NCBI RefSeq assembly: GCF_018977255.1
Contig: NW_024704743.1
Location: 25,050,001-25,114,000 of the forward strand
Direction: 5' to 3'
Source of the DNA: Callorhinchus milii
Taxonomy: Eukaryota
Length of the DNA: 64,000 bases
Positions 1 through 12,805 of the stretch are shown here, piece after piece (the first letter of the stretch is position 1; every line of letters begins with the position of its first letter). The notes below the pieces were generated by a model that was not told the origin of the DNA, made no database searches, and was given only the letters and a program-made list of their open reading frames with translations. A program made the position numbers and the translations under genes.

Positions 1-401
1 CAGTTTTCAATCTGTCTGTTTTTATTATTAATGGTCAAATCTAATGTGCTGATTCTACAAACATGGCCATCCTTGCAATCATTTGGTTGCAGCTATGTAA
101 GATTTCTTTTAGAAAATAATCAGCATGAATGATTACATATGTAATCAATAAGATTAATTAATTGTTTGATGATATCTGACTGGTACTAATATTTCTGTAC
201 TTTTTTAAACAAATGTGTTGATTATAATGCTTTTCCTGCACTAGTTACTTTGTATCTAAGAATTGCATATTCATTTAGCCACTAAAAGGCTTTATAATTG
301 ATCTTCATTTGATTTGTTTAAAGTGTCTCAGCGAGGATTATAACTGGAATGCAGCCTTGTGGGACTGGAAAATTAGGCCACAGGCTTGCATTGTTCTGAT
401 T

Positions 402-540
402 AAATAATAATCCTTGCATTTGATTGGTATATTGTCAAAGCATCTTGAAGTGCTTTGTGAGGAATTACTGTCAAATGTACTGACTGTATCTGTAGGCAAA
501 TACCATAGCCAGTTTGCTCACAGCAAAATGCCACAACAAA
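402..540 (-). mobile_element. Degenerate SINE 3' portion (Deu-like segment plus L2-type tail)
   Basis: Begins AATAATAATCCTTGCATTTGAT (reverse complement of the SINE tail) and has a decayed GCCAGTTTGCTCACAGCA motif like other copies here. Confidence 0.5.
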
Positions 541-544
541 TTGC

Positions 545-1230
545 TTTTATATTATGCCTTTCACGTCAGGAGGATGTCCCAAGTAGCTGGACAGTGAATG
601 GTTTGTACCTTGTGGTGGGGGAATTAAGAGGGGTGGAAAGCAATAGCGGTGGGATGGGAAGATGACCGAAGACATGGTTGAAGAGTACGGTTCTTGAGAC
701 GGGCCTTGAAGGCAGCAAGGGAGGGGCTCCAGGTGGGGTGTGTGGAGCAGGCGAGTGCCCACCAAACAAGCAGCAGGCAGGTTGGTGAAGGTTCAGTCAG
801 GAGGAGCAAGACCGTGGAGAGCTTTGAAAGTGAGTTCAAGGATTTTAAACTTTATCTTCTGAGGTGTGGGGAGCCAATGAAGCTGGGTGAGGATGGGGGT
901 GATAGGGTCACGGAGCCGGGTGTGGGGAGGCCACGCGCTGCAGAGTTCTGGGTAACCTGCAGCTTGTGGAGGGAAGAGTCGGGACGTCTGGCGAGCAGGG
1001 AGTTAGCATAATCAAGTCGGGGGGGGGTGGGGGAGAGATAGCGGCAGAAGGGTTCATAGTACGGATGTGGCTTTAAAAGACAATTGAGGGTTGAGCAAGA
1101 TACCGGCTCGGTGAAGTGGAGTATGCATCTATGAATAGTGATGCTGTCAACACCTGAGGTGAGGCGGTGCTGACGGAAACCAAGCAGGAGGGCCTCAGTG
1201 CCTCAGATGACAACTTGGAGGATTGTTGAG
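545..1230 (-). mobile_element. L2-clade LINE 3' fragment, decayed
   Basis: Tail CCTTTCACGTCAGGAGGATGTCCCAAG followed by G-rich sequence matching the other L2 ORF2 C-terminal remnants in the window; frameshifted. Confidence 0.75.
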
Positions 1231-1509
1231 CCGGAATAGGAGAAAATAGGCGAATAAGTCCTGACCTATTTTAGAGAGGGTTTTTCACCTTCTCCAATGT
1301 TCTCTGTGTTGCAATGGAATTAAAATTTTCCTGGATGAAACCGAGCTGGTTCAACCCATTTGGTGATGCAACTGATTCCACTGAATTATGTAACTCGTTT
1401 TAACAAAAACAATGTCCTTGGATCAGGAGTGGTGTCTTCCCAGATTTTCACATATTCAATGCAACAAAACCACTGATTTCAAGTACACAGTGAATGTGAT
1501 ACAATACAT

Positions 1510-1770
1510 ATTTAATTTATTATAGCATCTTTCACAGTGGGAGGACATCTTAAAGCACTTGACGGTGATGACTAGGCACCCCAGCTGGGGATGGGTAGCA
1601 GAACGATGACTGCAAACATACTCAAACAGAAAAGCTTTGAGGCAGGCATTGAATGAAAGGGGGAGGGAGGGAGGGAGCAAGCTGGGAGGATTCTGGGATG
1701 TTGTTCCAGATAGTGGGGGCAGAATGGCAGAAAGCCTCCTCATTGATGGTAGAACAGGGGGGACACGAAG
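1510..1770 (-). mobile_element. L2 LINE 3' fragment
   Basis: Tail GGGAGGACATC; minus ORF contains AFCHSAPTIWNNIP, the L2 C-terminal AF.h.AP.LWN.LP motif. Confidence 0.7.
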
Positions 1771-1914
1771 CTGAACTAGAAAAGCTTTTCACTTCTCTCG
1801 TGAAGGCACTAGCTCTTCCTGGCAAAAGCTTCCAAATGCTGATTGGCCACTGCTATCTTGATGAACGTCTGGATTGTTAAGTGTCTGGTAGGATGTTGAA
1901 TTCTAAAGGGCATC

Positions 1915-2455
1915 AAAGATGAGCTTCTGCCACATCGTCCACAGCTCACCCCACTGTCACTGAAACACTTTCATCACATCCCGCTTAGACGTTTCCTCGC
2001 TGGTCTCCCTAGCTCCACCATCCATAAGGTGCATCTCGTCCAAAACCATATCCTCAACCAAACCTACTCCGTGTATCTGTTACCCTAGGCCTCACTAGTG
2101 TCCAATAACTCCCAGTAGATTAATTTCAAGGTCCTCGTCCTTATCTACAAATCCATCCCCTCCCTGGTACCCTCTTATGTTAGATCTACCCTAATCTGAC
2201 CACCTGCCTCTCTTCACTCAGCTAATGTAGGCTTGTTGCTTGTCTTCCTCCCTCTTTATATTGTCATCGGTGGCCGAGCCTTAGTTCCTAATTTCTGGAA
2301 CTCCTTCCTCTACCACTATGTCTTACCCTTCTCTCTGTTTTTAAGTGTGTGTCAAAACCTGCCTCTTTGAATGGCCTATAGCCATCTCCCACTACTCTTT
2401 GCTTGGTCCAACCTCATTCCTGTGAAGCGATCAAAGACATTACCATACATGAAGA
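1915..2455 (+). mobile_element. L2 LINE 3' fragment, old
   Basis: C-rich sequence with TTTCAAGGTCCTCGTCCTTATCTACAAATCC (FK.L.L.YKS) and CTGGAACTCCTTCC (WNSLP-like). Confidence 0.6.
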
Positions 2456-2675
2456 TAATTTTGCCCTTTTCCCCAGTTGCACTTTCTAGTAAAGGTCACT
2501 GGATATCAATTGGGAATGCCTGACCGTCTTTTACGTGCTCTTCACTTTATGGAATCCAAAAGCTAATTGTAACACTCCAATGGCTGCAATGACTGACTGG
2601 AACAAACTAATTTAGTACAGATCTACAGCAATAATAATCCTTCCTTTTCATATACAATGCAAAATACAATCCAAA

Positions 2676-3195
2676 ATTACATTTGTAAAGTGCCTTACAT
2701 GTCGGGAGGACAGCCCGAGGCGTTGAACAGTCAGGGATTAGGACCCGGGGAAGGCATCAGGGAGGGTGGCCGAAGGCATGGTTGAAGAGGAGGGTCTTGA
2801 GGTGTGCCTTGAAGGAGGCGAGGGAGTGAGGCGAAGGGAATGGGATGGAGTTCCAGGGGGTGGGGGCAGAGAGGCTGAAGGCCCGACCGCCGATGGAGCA
2901 GGCCGGAACCTGCTGAGCGGAGAGAGGGGTGAGGGGTTAGCAGGTCGGAGAGTTAGGAGGGGACAAGGCCATGGAGGGCCTCGAAGGTGAGGATTTTGAA
3001 CTTGATCCTGTGAGGGATGGGGGACCAGTGGACCTGGGTGACGGTGGGTGTGATGGGGTCACAGAGCCGGGTGTGGCAGAGAACACACGCTTAGGAGTTC
3101 TGGATGATCTGCAGCTTGTGGAGGGAAGACTTTGGAAGGGCGACGAGCAGGGCGTCGGCATAGTCGAGCCTGGATGTAATGTAGGCATGCATGTG
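2676..3195 (-). mobile_element. L2 LINE 3' fragment
   Basis: Tail TGTCGGGAGGACAGCCC; minus translation ITSRLDYADALLVALPKSSLHKLQIIQNS matches the L2 SRLDYCN.LL.GLP...LQ.IQN motif. Confidence 0.8.
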
Positions 3196-5984
3196 GTGTT
3201 CAAAATGTCCCAAATTGCTTCTAACACATTTCTGATGAGTATGGCTTACTTCCCAGCAAGGGCCTGTGCCTTTCTTCCAATTTACCAACTGGGGAGGCTA
3301 GGAAAGAGACACCTGTAAAATTGCTTTCCTTTATCTTAAACTATCTTATAAATTATATATGCGACCCGAGACATTTTAATCTGAAGGATTCACAGGAATG
3401 TTGTCATGTTTCCAGCAACTTAAAATCATTAAATTCATGTAGAAACCGCTTTTGTGGTTTGGGTTTATGGTTGTGTTGTCAATGAGAAAAGAAATGCTGT
3501 AGTTATGGCAGGGTTGGGACTTTTTAAAAAAAATGTGTAATTGCATTAACAATATTAGACAGTCTAAATTTTGTTTGAAATACAGAAATTTCTGAAGTAT
3601 CAAATAGGGGCTACGCAGATGTGCATGAGGCTTACCCCCATCATTTATGTAAAGGAAAATGTACAGGGCAAGAAAGGGCCTTTAAGGTCCATCTGGTTGA
3701 CCCCAAAATATTTAAAATGCCTAATTCCAAAACTAAATCTATTATAGCTATCTAATACCTTTCTTGGAGCAAGATTTCTGACGCAAGTGGAAGCCCACCA
3801 CCATACTGGTCTCCAAACTAAACTACTGAGTTCCACGTATGTGTGGGTTCTATTTGCGTAACAAAGCAGAGCTTGCGTCTCTTCCCCCCCCCGGGTGAAC
3901 CCTGCTTCCCTAATCACAGAGTTTAGCCCACAAATTGTAAAAGCCGAAGTATGGGGAACTCAGGAAATTAACCAGATAAAACTGCATTACCATTAGAATC
4001 CCACTGCTTGTTCAACTTGGACCATTCTGCCTGTGGTTGCAAGGTTAAGAGATGCCAAGTGGAAGAGTACCATTCCCGGTCTACTCTTCCAAATCCTGTT
4101 AATGCTCCATGATCAGAATGCCTTGGAATATTGGAAACCTGCCTGCCTTAGATATCGGAGCAGCCAGTCTGCCACAGAGTCGATTTGATTCCGATCTATC
4201 ATTGCCGGACATTTTACCTTAGAGCCAGTACGGCCCTTGCTGACCTCTTTTTCTCTATATTTCGCCTCTCTTTCCTCCCCCTTTCCCCCCCTCCCCACCG
4301 CCCTAACCCACACAGAAGAGAAATGTTGTGAGTTGTCATTGACCAGCACGGGACCCGACCAGCAGATCCCGGGAAGTCTTCATGGTGAACAGCACAACTT
4401 GGCATGAAACGTGAACGTCACAACTGACCCTTACCCATTGAACTCTGGTTTCACCAGTTGCAGGTGGGGAGCCTAAGCAGCAGTTATTCACCCTGTTGCT
4501 TACGTGCGCTCTGCCAGCTACTTTGAAGTTCCAGAAGTCCAAATCCTATGCCACTTACCAGGTTTACTTTATCCAGGTCCTTATATGAGGGGCTTTGGCA
4601 AATAGACTTGTACACTGAAGCCGATTCTGCCTTCAAGATGCACAGCGACAGGTCAGTGTAAGTCAGAGCTCTTCCTTCCTGCAGTTGATTCCCCTGTTGT
4701 TTCTCCACAAATTCACCTTACTGCTTGGACCTGGACCTCGCAAGTGCGCCCAAAGAAACCCCTCCACAATATTGTAAATTTTAATTAAAATTGAAAAGTA
4801 TAAATTGAAATATGCTTTTGCTACTTTTACTACGAGCTGTGCTGTTTACTTAGCCAAGCCTGTAGTAAATCCATGTGCCATAATGATAATCTACAGTTTC
4901 TTATCTTTTATAACATACCCTAAGGGCCTTAATGTTTTACCACTTGATGCCTGTCTATTTTATTTCTCACTTTTAATGGTATCTTGATCAGGTAAGCATC
5001 CAACACCAAAATTGATTTCTGTAGGAAGTCTGTTGGCACCGGTTCTGGGTCATTGGCACTTTAGAGGACCAATCATGATCTATTCATAAGTATTGAAGTT
5101 TTACTCATTCTAAAGTGATTATCGTCTGGAAGGGACAGGCAGCAGTTCTGTATGTGCTATGAAAGCAAATTTGCTGCTAGTCATTGAGATACATCAGCAG
5201 CCTAATCTCCTCTGCTAAAGGAAGGCAGATAATGACTTAGTTAATGTAATGTTCAGCATTGTGGCAATGTTCAGGAAAGAATTGATTTGTTCTCCGCAGG
5301 TGGAACTTTGCATGACATCTATTGTGTCAGCTTTTGGGTGGTGTCCAAAGGTCTATAAATTGGAATAGATCCAAATTCTATCCTGAACACTGCCACAATC
5401 CTCTTTCTCGATATTATTTTCACTTTATGTTCCAGAATAACTGTGGCAACTGCAGAAATTGATCCATACAACAAAGTGACAGGGAATTACCTTAGATACT
5501 GAGCTAAGTCAAAGAGAGTGTAATTTTCAGTCCGAGTTTTGCATTAGATAATGGGTACCAATGAAAGGAACGAGGCCAGGTAGCAGAGGAACTGGCACAG
5601 GCCCTTGCCTTGCTATTATCCATTTGGATGTTACTCGCCAAATGCAGAATTTGTTACAGTGGGAATAACTTCCACAGGAATATTAGCAATGATTTTAGAT
5701 TGACATTATGCTGAGCATATTGAAATTCTACAGCATGGTAAAATCTCAGAACATAATCTTGCTTCAAAACCGGTTATTTTCATCAGCAGGGTATAGAATA
5801 TACTTTCAAATAAAGGCGTTTTCAGATGAAGGAAGTCTGACAACTTGGAACTGACCAAATGGACCTTTATAAATGGTCTTCTCCTCTTTTGTACTCTCTT
5901 GAGTACTGAACCATCTGCATTTATTGGGACCATGGATGCTTTCTGTTGGAAACTTTGGAAATGCAAAAATATTTCAGCCATGAA

Positions 5985-6069
5985 GTATACAGTCAATTCA
6001 CTTTACAGTATATTCTGTAAAGCACTTTTAGACATGATAAGGGGCTATATCAAATGTAAGTATTATTAT
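5985..6069 (+). mobile_element. SINE 3' tail, 5'-truncated
   Basis: TATACAGTCAATTCACTTTACAGTATATTCTG...GCTATATCAAATGTAAGTATTATTAT, as in full-length copies. Confidence 0.8.
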
Positions 6070-6551
6070 GGTTACCATCTTTGTGTCTAAAATAATAAGA
6101 AATGCACTGTACTTTCTATGGTGGCAATATTCCCTCTGTCAGTAAGTTTTTAATTTCTGTTGGTCCAATTATGTAGAACAGGCTCCAACTTCTACAGATT
6201 CCCACTCTTCAATTAAAGGCGAATCCTAAATGGGAATGAAGTGGAATAGTTTTGCATGCTAGTCTTTTCCTCACCATTGTTTCTCATTCCCTCTGTTGGA
6301 TGTATTAACTTCATGCTGAGTTATGGTCGGGTATCTCAACAGAAGAACCATTCTTTACTTATGAACCTTGATAGTGAGTATCTGCTGTTCATCTGTGGGA
6401 AGCATTGCAACGACCACCAATCCTGACAACTCAGACACACTGGTTCTTAAATAGATATCGGTTGCAGAAACTCTGGCCAATTTTTACCCTCTCAAACTTC
6501 CCCTCTAAAAAGAGGGGAGATCAGTTGTATTTTCTTTTTGTGCGGCGCATT

Positions 6552-6763
6552 TGTTCCGATCTGGAATGCGCTACCTGAAAGGGTTTTGGAAGCAGATTCA
6601 ATAATAACTTTCAAAAGGGAATTGAATATTTACCTGAAAATAAAAAAACGTTTGCAAGGATAGGGGTAAGAGTGGAGAGTGGCACGAGTTGGTAGCTCCT
6701 TCAAAGAGCTGGCACAGGGCTGATGGGCCAAATGGCCTCCTTCTGTGCTGTACGATTCTATGA
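6552..6763 (+). mobile_element. CR1-clade LINE 3' end (shark type)
   Basis: TGGAATGCGCTACCTGAAAGGG...TTCAAAAGGGAATTG (WNALPE...FKREL) and terminal GGGCCAAATGGCCTCCTTCTGTGCTGTACGATTCTATGA. Confidence 0.8.
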
Positions 6764-7043
6764 AAAACATTCATCCCACTCTTTGGAGAGGGCTGCTCAG
6801 TGTGCAGAATATCCATCAGTTTCTGTGTCTTGTCTTTACTGAGATCAGCGGTGACCTGATCTTCATCCTAAACGACAATCCTTGGATCATAAGTAAAAGG
6901 ATTAATCCCACTTAGTCAACTTTTATCATGGGGACTGATGAATGTGGAAATCTCCAAAGAAATTGGAATCCGGTAATCTGTTTGTTTATCATCGTAATGA
7001 TATTCATATTTGATATACTGCCTTTCACATCGGGAGGATGTCC

Positions 7044-7115
7044 AAAATGCTTCATAGGATATACTGTAAAATGCTTCATAGGATATACTGTAAAATGCTT
7101 CATAGGTTATACTGT
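7044..7115. repeat. 3 x 24 bp tandem repeat (AAAATGCTTCATAGGATATACTGT)
   Basis: Three adjacent copies with one substitution in the third; appears as KCFIGYTV x3 in the ORF track. Confidence 0.95.
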
Positions 7116-7206
7116 AAAGTGCAGTGACGCTATGTTGCCAGCGAACGCAGCAGCCAGTTTGCGCACGGCGGCCAATTTGGACACAGCAGTGTTCCACAAA
7201 CGACCA

Positions 7207-7545
7207 TAATAATAATAATAATAATAATAATAATCCTTGCATTTGATATAGCGCTTTTCACGTCGGGAGGACGTCCCAAAGCGCTTCACAGAACACACTG
7301 TAAAGTAAATTGACTGTATATTTGTGGGCGAACGCGGCAGCCAATTGCGCACAGCAATGTCCCACAAACAGTCGTAGATTGAAAATGACCAATTTATTAT
7401 TGTTTGGGTTTTTTTTTGGAGGGATTATTATTAGGCTCTGTGTGGAGTAAGGAAACTTGCCCAAAGGTTTCGCCCTCTGCCTGGAATTGAACTCAGGTCT
7501 CTCACTTGCAAAGCGAGTGCTCTAACCACTGAGCTACAGGACTCC
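7207..7545 (-). mobile_element. Full-length young tRNA-Ala-derived SINE (short form, CTCCC loop)
   Basis: Minus strand reads GGAGTCCTGTAGCTCAGTGGTTAGAGCACTCGCTTTGCAAG... (A box, TGC anticodon, GAGTTCAATTCC B box) to GGGACGTCCTCCCGACGTG...CAAGG(ATT)n. Confidence 0.95.
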
Positions 7546-7651
7546 ACATGAAGTGAATGATCAATTTTTACCTGAGGGGTTATTGGTCAGGACACCGGGA
7601 GAAAATCCCTCATCTTTCAAATAGTCATGGGATCTTTAATGTCCACCTGAA

Positions 7652-8908
7652 CCGTGGCCCCCTCCTCTTCCTCATCTATATGCTCCCTCTTTGTGATGTC
7701 CGCAGACATGGGGTAAAGTTCCTCGGACAGCCCAAGAATCCACTTCTCTGCTGATGTTCTCTCAGCTTGTCTGGCGGACATCAGGGCCCGGATGAGCGAA
7801 AACTCACTACAACTAAATGTTGACAAGACGGAGGCCGTACTCCGTGGAGTCTTATAGCTCAGCGGAGTCCTGTAGCTCAGTGGTTAGAGCACTCGCTTTG
7901 CAAGCATGAGACCTGGGTTTGATTCCCGGCAGGGGTGAAACCTTGGGCAAGTTTCCATACTCCACACGCCTGATAATAATCCCTAAAAAAAACAATAATA
8001 ATAAATTGGTCATTTCAATCTACGACTGTTTGTGGGACACTGCTGTGCGCAATTGGCTGCTGCATTTCGCCCACAAATATACAGTCAATTCACTTTGCAG
8101 TATATTCTGTGAAGCGCTTTGAGAAGTCTAGAAGACGTTAAAAAACGCTATATCAAATGCAAGTCTTCTATCCTGCGGCTCTGACCTTCTCAACCTCCCC
8201 GGGCCATCCCTCAGACCTACGGAACCAGTGCGCAACCTTGGCGACAGGCACAACCCACAGCTGTCCTTCCTTCCCCACATCCGGTCCCTGACGAGGTCTG
8301 CTTTTCTCCATCTCGGCCACATTTCCCACCGCTGACCCTACCTTACCCCAGATTCAGTTGAAACACTTGTCCATGTATTCATCACCTCCCAACTCGACTT
8401 TTCAAATGCCCTCTTCGCCGGTCTTCCCAGCTCCACCATGCACAGGACTCAGCTAATCCAAAACTCCGCTGCATACTCTCCCGCAGTAAACTCCGTACCC
8501 TCGTCAGACCATTCTAGCCAGGCTCCACTGGCTCCCTCTCGCCGAACAGATCGAATTCAAGATCCTCACACTCGTTTTCAAATCCCTCTGTGCCCTGGCA
8601 CCTCCCTGTATCTCTGACTTGCAGCCCGTTGTCTCTGCTCGATTGGCTCCAGCTTTCTGCATGTCCCTTGTACCCTCCGTTCCACCATTGGCGGCGGTGC
8701 TTTTAGCCCCGAAACTCTGGAACCCTCCTCCTCTATCCTTCCGCTTTGCCCCTTCCTTCCCCATCTTCAGGTCATGCCTGAAGACTTTCCTCTTTGACCG
8801 TACGTACCGTCACCTCACCCTGGCTCGGCGTGGTGCTCCGCCGCTGTCAAGCTCTTTGGAATGCTATCCTGCGTGAGTGAGGGGCACTATATAAATGCAT
8901 GTTGTTGT
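7652..8908 (+). mobile_element. L2 LINE ORF2 remnant (RT to 3' tail), interrupted by a SINE at 7864-8164
   Basis: GPLLFLIYMLPL (RT motif) before the SINE; LHWLP, FKIL and APKLWN motifs after it; ends GCACTATATAAATGCATGTTGTTGTT. Confidence 0.85.
7864..8164 (+). mobile_element. Full-length tRNA-Ala-derived SINE (short form, TAGAA loop)
   Basis: GGAGTCCTGTAGCTCAGTGGTTAGAGCACTCGCTTTGCAAGC head through GCTATATCAAATGCAAG tail. Confidence 0.93.
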
Positions 8909-9838
8909 TACCTTTTGACTTGGGTGAGAGTGCTTCCAGCTAAGGCAGGCTGACATTTGTCAGCATATGCGAACAATTCTGTTGTGAAAGTTTCTGTTTA
9001 TTGTGCATCCCTTTCTGGGACTAGGAAGGAGTTCTGCTTGAAGGTGAGGTGAAAGCGAAAGGTAAAAAAAAAAGTAATTATTTTTACCTTTTGTCAAAGC
9101 TTGTTTGTCTGCAAAAGATGTGCATAACTTGACAATAAAATATGCCTTAGTGAAACAACACTGGAGGCCCACATATATGAAGGATTGAAAGACCAAAATT
9201 CTGGCGTTGGATGTGAAGATGCCTAGCATTTTATATCAGTATTAACTAAGTAGCAAGCCAGATCTTTGTTTCTGCATGAGTGGTTAAAGCAATTAAATCT
9301 GGATTCTGTGTGTGCTTCTGTGACGAATGATGCTTGCCACAGCTCTGTTCAGGTTCAAGGACACTTGAGATGGAGAAGAAATTTGTGTTTTTATTTCGCG
9401 TCTCTCCACTGATGATTTTAAAATGCCGTATCTTGTGGATGGGTTGAATGGCATGAATTAATCCTATCTGTAGGTACCAGAATGTAAGAGATACTTCATT
9501 CTGTTTCATTATTTATCCTTTGTGTGCAGTGTGACATTCCTACCAGCATTATTTTTAATTAACCAAGTAGCTGCGACTGACTACGATGAAAGACTCAACG
9601 GCCAATGACAAGGAAACTGTTGGCTGTGCCGTTAGGTTTGCTCATGATATTATGTATGTATGCGGTTTGTAACAGAACAAGATTTTTGTCTGGAGTGTTC
9701 TATAATGCCATAATGTATTGTCGCTGACCTAAAACTCTGAGGTATATTCATTCATGTAATTTAATCCCCGAGATGTGTTAATCCTTGAAACAAGGTGTAA
9801 CCTGTGGTATTATTAATATGTAAAGAACCCTATAGGTT

Positions 9839-10164
9839 ATAATAATAATAATAATAATCCTTGCATTTGATATAGCGCTTTTCACGTCGGGAGGATGTCC
9901 CAAAGCGCTTCACAGAACACACTGTAAAGTGAATTGACTGTATATTTGTGGGCGAACGCGGCAGCCAATGGCGCACAGCAATGTCCCACAAACAGTCGTA
10001 GATTGAAAATGACCAATTTATTATTGTTTTTGGTTTTGGAGGGATTATTATTAGGCTCTGTGTGGAGTAAGGAAACTTGCCCAAGGTTTCGCCCTCTGCC
10101 TGGAATTGAACTCAGGTCTCTCACTTGAAAAGGGGGTGCTCTAACCACTGAGCTACAGGACTCC
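9839..10164 (-). mobile_element. Full-length young tRNA-Ala-derived SINE
   Basis: Near-identical to the 7207-7545 and 14472-14786 copies, with (ATT)n tail and tRNA head. Confidence 0.95.
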
Positions 10165-10942
10165 AAATGAGTTATCAAATGAAGGTGTTTTAATTTGTTT
10201 TAAGACTAATATTTTGATGCTAGTGCTGCCAGTCCTGTGATCACAGAACATAATTTGAATTGTGATACTAAGTTTTAGTTCACTAAATATTACTCATTAT
10301 AACTTTTGAGTTTGATATAACCCTTTATCACATTGTTGAACTACCTCAAACTACTTCACCAGATTTACTGTGAAGTGTAATGACTCTTTGTTTTACAGGG
10401 AAACAAAACCAAGTGTATTGTAATTTACAACATAGTTCGGACAAATAACAATATGAGGTCCTAAATTTAAAACTACAAAATTTTGGAAATATGATGTCCA
10501 ATGAAAGGATTAATATTACAGTAAACCCCTGGTTTACAGGTAAGTCTCTTGCCAGACTCTGGTGTTTGACATGTGTGCAAACCCATCACTGCTTAAAAGT
10601 ATCCCAAGTGAAACTGAGTTCCATATATGTACTACACTGTGTTTCCCTGTGTCTGCAATGCAATGCACATTCTCTCCCTGGAGGCACGCACCCTGCTTAC
10701 CTGGATACCTATAAGCATGGTGATGGATTTCCACATGTGTCAAACATTGGTCCTATTGGGAATGTCAAATTATTGATTTTCGTAGACCAGTTTCGCAACA
10801 TGAAATATAATTATATTCTCTGGTTATATTTTAGTGATTTATAAGTTAATTGCAATAGACAGCTACTGGAGAATTGCGGTAAAGAGAATATCACAGGCCC
10901 GTTATACTTTTCACACAAAAGGTTGGGTTGAGTTTCTATTTT

Positions 10943-11105
10943 AATAATAATAATAATCCTTGCATTTGATATAGCGCTTTTCAAAGCGCTTCACAGAATA
11001 GACTGTAAAGTGAACTAATTGTATATTTGTGGGCAAAATGTGGCAGCCAATTGCGCACAGCAGTGTCGCACAATCAGTCGTGGATTGAAATGACCAATTT
11101 ATTGT
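10943..11105 (-). mobile_element. 5'-truncated SINE with the tail hairpin deleted
   Basis: Same tail and body, but AGCGCTTTTCA joins directly to AAGCGCTTCAC. Confidence 0.85.
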
Positions 11106-11861
11106 TGTAGCATACACATTTTCTATTGACTAGATCAGTACTACTCAAAAACTGGGACATGAAGGGTGCACTGTGCCTCACACTTCAAATTATAGAGTTG
11201 TGTCACCCACCCATACTCCTTTCACAGTTCCTGTGGCAGAACACAAGGACAGACTCGGGAGGGGAAGGTGGTTAGCAACAAATGTTTTAAAAAAAAAAAG
11301 ATTTTTGATGAAAAATTGTCATGTCATACATTAATCCGGTTTAAAAAGGCTTATGAAATCCACAAATCTGCAAACCTAAAATGCACATTTCAGTTTTCCC
11401 TCCGCTCTTCTATCCCATTGCTAAATTCTCTTTATTTACTTTGGGCATGATACTCAAATTGTAGGTTTTGCACTTCTCTTTGCATTGTAATTCTAATTTG
11501 TAGATATTTTTGGAGTCACTGCGCAATATGGCAAAACAACGTTATACTTGTGAAGTAATTTTGCATGTAGTCACTGGAAGAATCATGGAAATTCTGAAAC
11601 CAGAACCAATATAAATTAGTCCCAACAATGCTGTGGTTAGCACCAAAAATTGATAAATAATTACTTCTGTTTGATGATTGGTTTAACATTGAGTAATGAA
11701 ATGTAGACCCATGAAGGTCAGGAGAAAACACCTCTATGGGAAGCAGTCTATTACAGATTTAACATCTAGTGATTTGAATCAACAGTTATCCATCCATCGC
11801 TTTGACCTCTTTGTTACTTTTCACTTGTAACAGCAGCAGCCATATGAGGAAGATCCTCAAC

Positions 11862-12144
11862 CCCTCGGCTCTGGAACTCCATCCCCCAGTGCCTTCGCCT
11901 TGCTTCCTCCCTTTGCTTCCTCCCTTTCCTCCTTCAAGGCCGGTCTCAAGACCTTTCTCTTTGACCGTGCCTTCAGCTCCCCTCTCGACTCTCTACCCCC
12001 TCCTCACTCCCTCCCTTCCCTCCCCTCACCCTGACCATTTCTCCCCCCAATGCTCGGGTCCCGACCCAACTGTCCAGCGCCTTGGGACGTCCTCCCGACG
12101 TGAAAAGTGCTCCATAAATGGAATCTTGTTGTTGTTGTTGTTGC
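11862..12144 (+). mobile_element. L2 LINE 3' end
   Basis: CTCTGGAACTCCATCCCC...CAGCGCCTTGGGACGTCCTCCCGACGTGAAAAGTGC...(GTT)n. Confidence 0.88.
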
Positions 12145-12360
12145 TGTATCCATTTTACAGTGTAGTTTGGATCTAAAAAAAATTTCAATGTTGTATTTTA
12201 CCCCCTCATTTTAGCTTTGGTTCTATAGTGTACTTTTAATATGCGTTTCTCATGCTGGCCTCCAAAGATCTTGCTTTAAGAAGTCCTCTCGGTCAGCTCA
12301 CCCTAGGCTGACAACTGGTTTGAAGACCTTTATTGAATGCCACATCTCCTTTGCAATTAG

Positions 12361-12664
12361 TAATAATAATCCTTGCATCTTATGTAGCATTTTACACGTC
12401 TTCTAGAGGTCTCAAAGTGCTTCACAGATTGTACTGTAAGGTGAATTGACTGTATATTTATGGGCGAAACACAGCAGCCAATTGTGCACAGCAGTGTCCC
12501 ACAAACAGTCTTGACCAAATTATTATTTTTTTATTATTTTTCTTCTTGAGGGATTATTATCAAGCATGTGGAGTAAGGAAACTTGTCCAAGGTTTCGCCC
12601 TGCTGGCAATCGAACCCAGGTTTCTCGCTTGCGAGGCGAGTGCTCTAACCACTGACCTTCAGGT
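12361..12664 (-). mobile_element. Near full-length SINE (short form, CGC anticodon)
   Basis: Tail TAATAATAATCCTTGCATC; head CTCGCTTGCGAGGCGAGTGCTCTAACCACTGA on the + strand. Confidence 0.88.
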
Positions 12665-12805
12665 CTAATGAAGCCCACAATTACTGTCTTTGTCTTCCAC
12701 CGTGTTCATTTGCTAGAGTTAAGCAAAAAATCTAATTATTGGCTAATCCCCTGGTAGACCTCCCGACGTGAAAGGCACTCTATAAATGGAATCTTGTTGT
12801 TGTTA

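Larger units (their letters stand above)
7005..7650 (-). mobile_element. Old SacSINE1-like (Deu-domain) SINE, interrupted by a younger SINE at 7207-7545
   Basis: Tail at ~7005-7045, Deu-like GCAGCCAGTTTGCGCAC, resuming after 7545 with GGTCAGGACACCGGGAGAAAATCCC...ATAGTCATGGGATCTTTAATGTCCACCTGA. Confidence 0.7.

Noticed and set aside
7044..7115. CRISPR-like array
   Set aside because: Direct head-to-tail 24-bp repeats with no spacers, inside a SINE, in a vertebrate genome.
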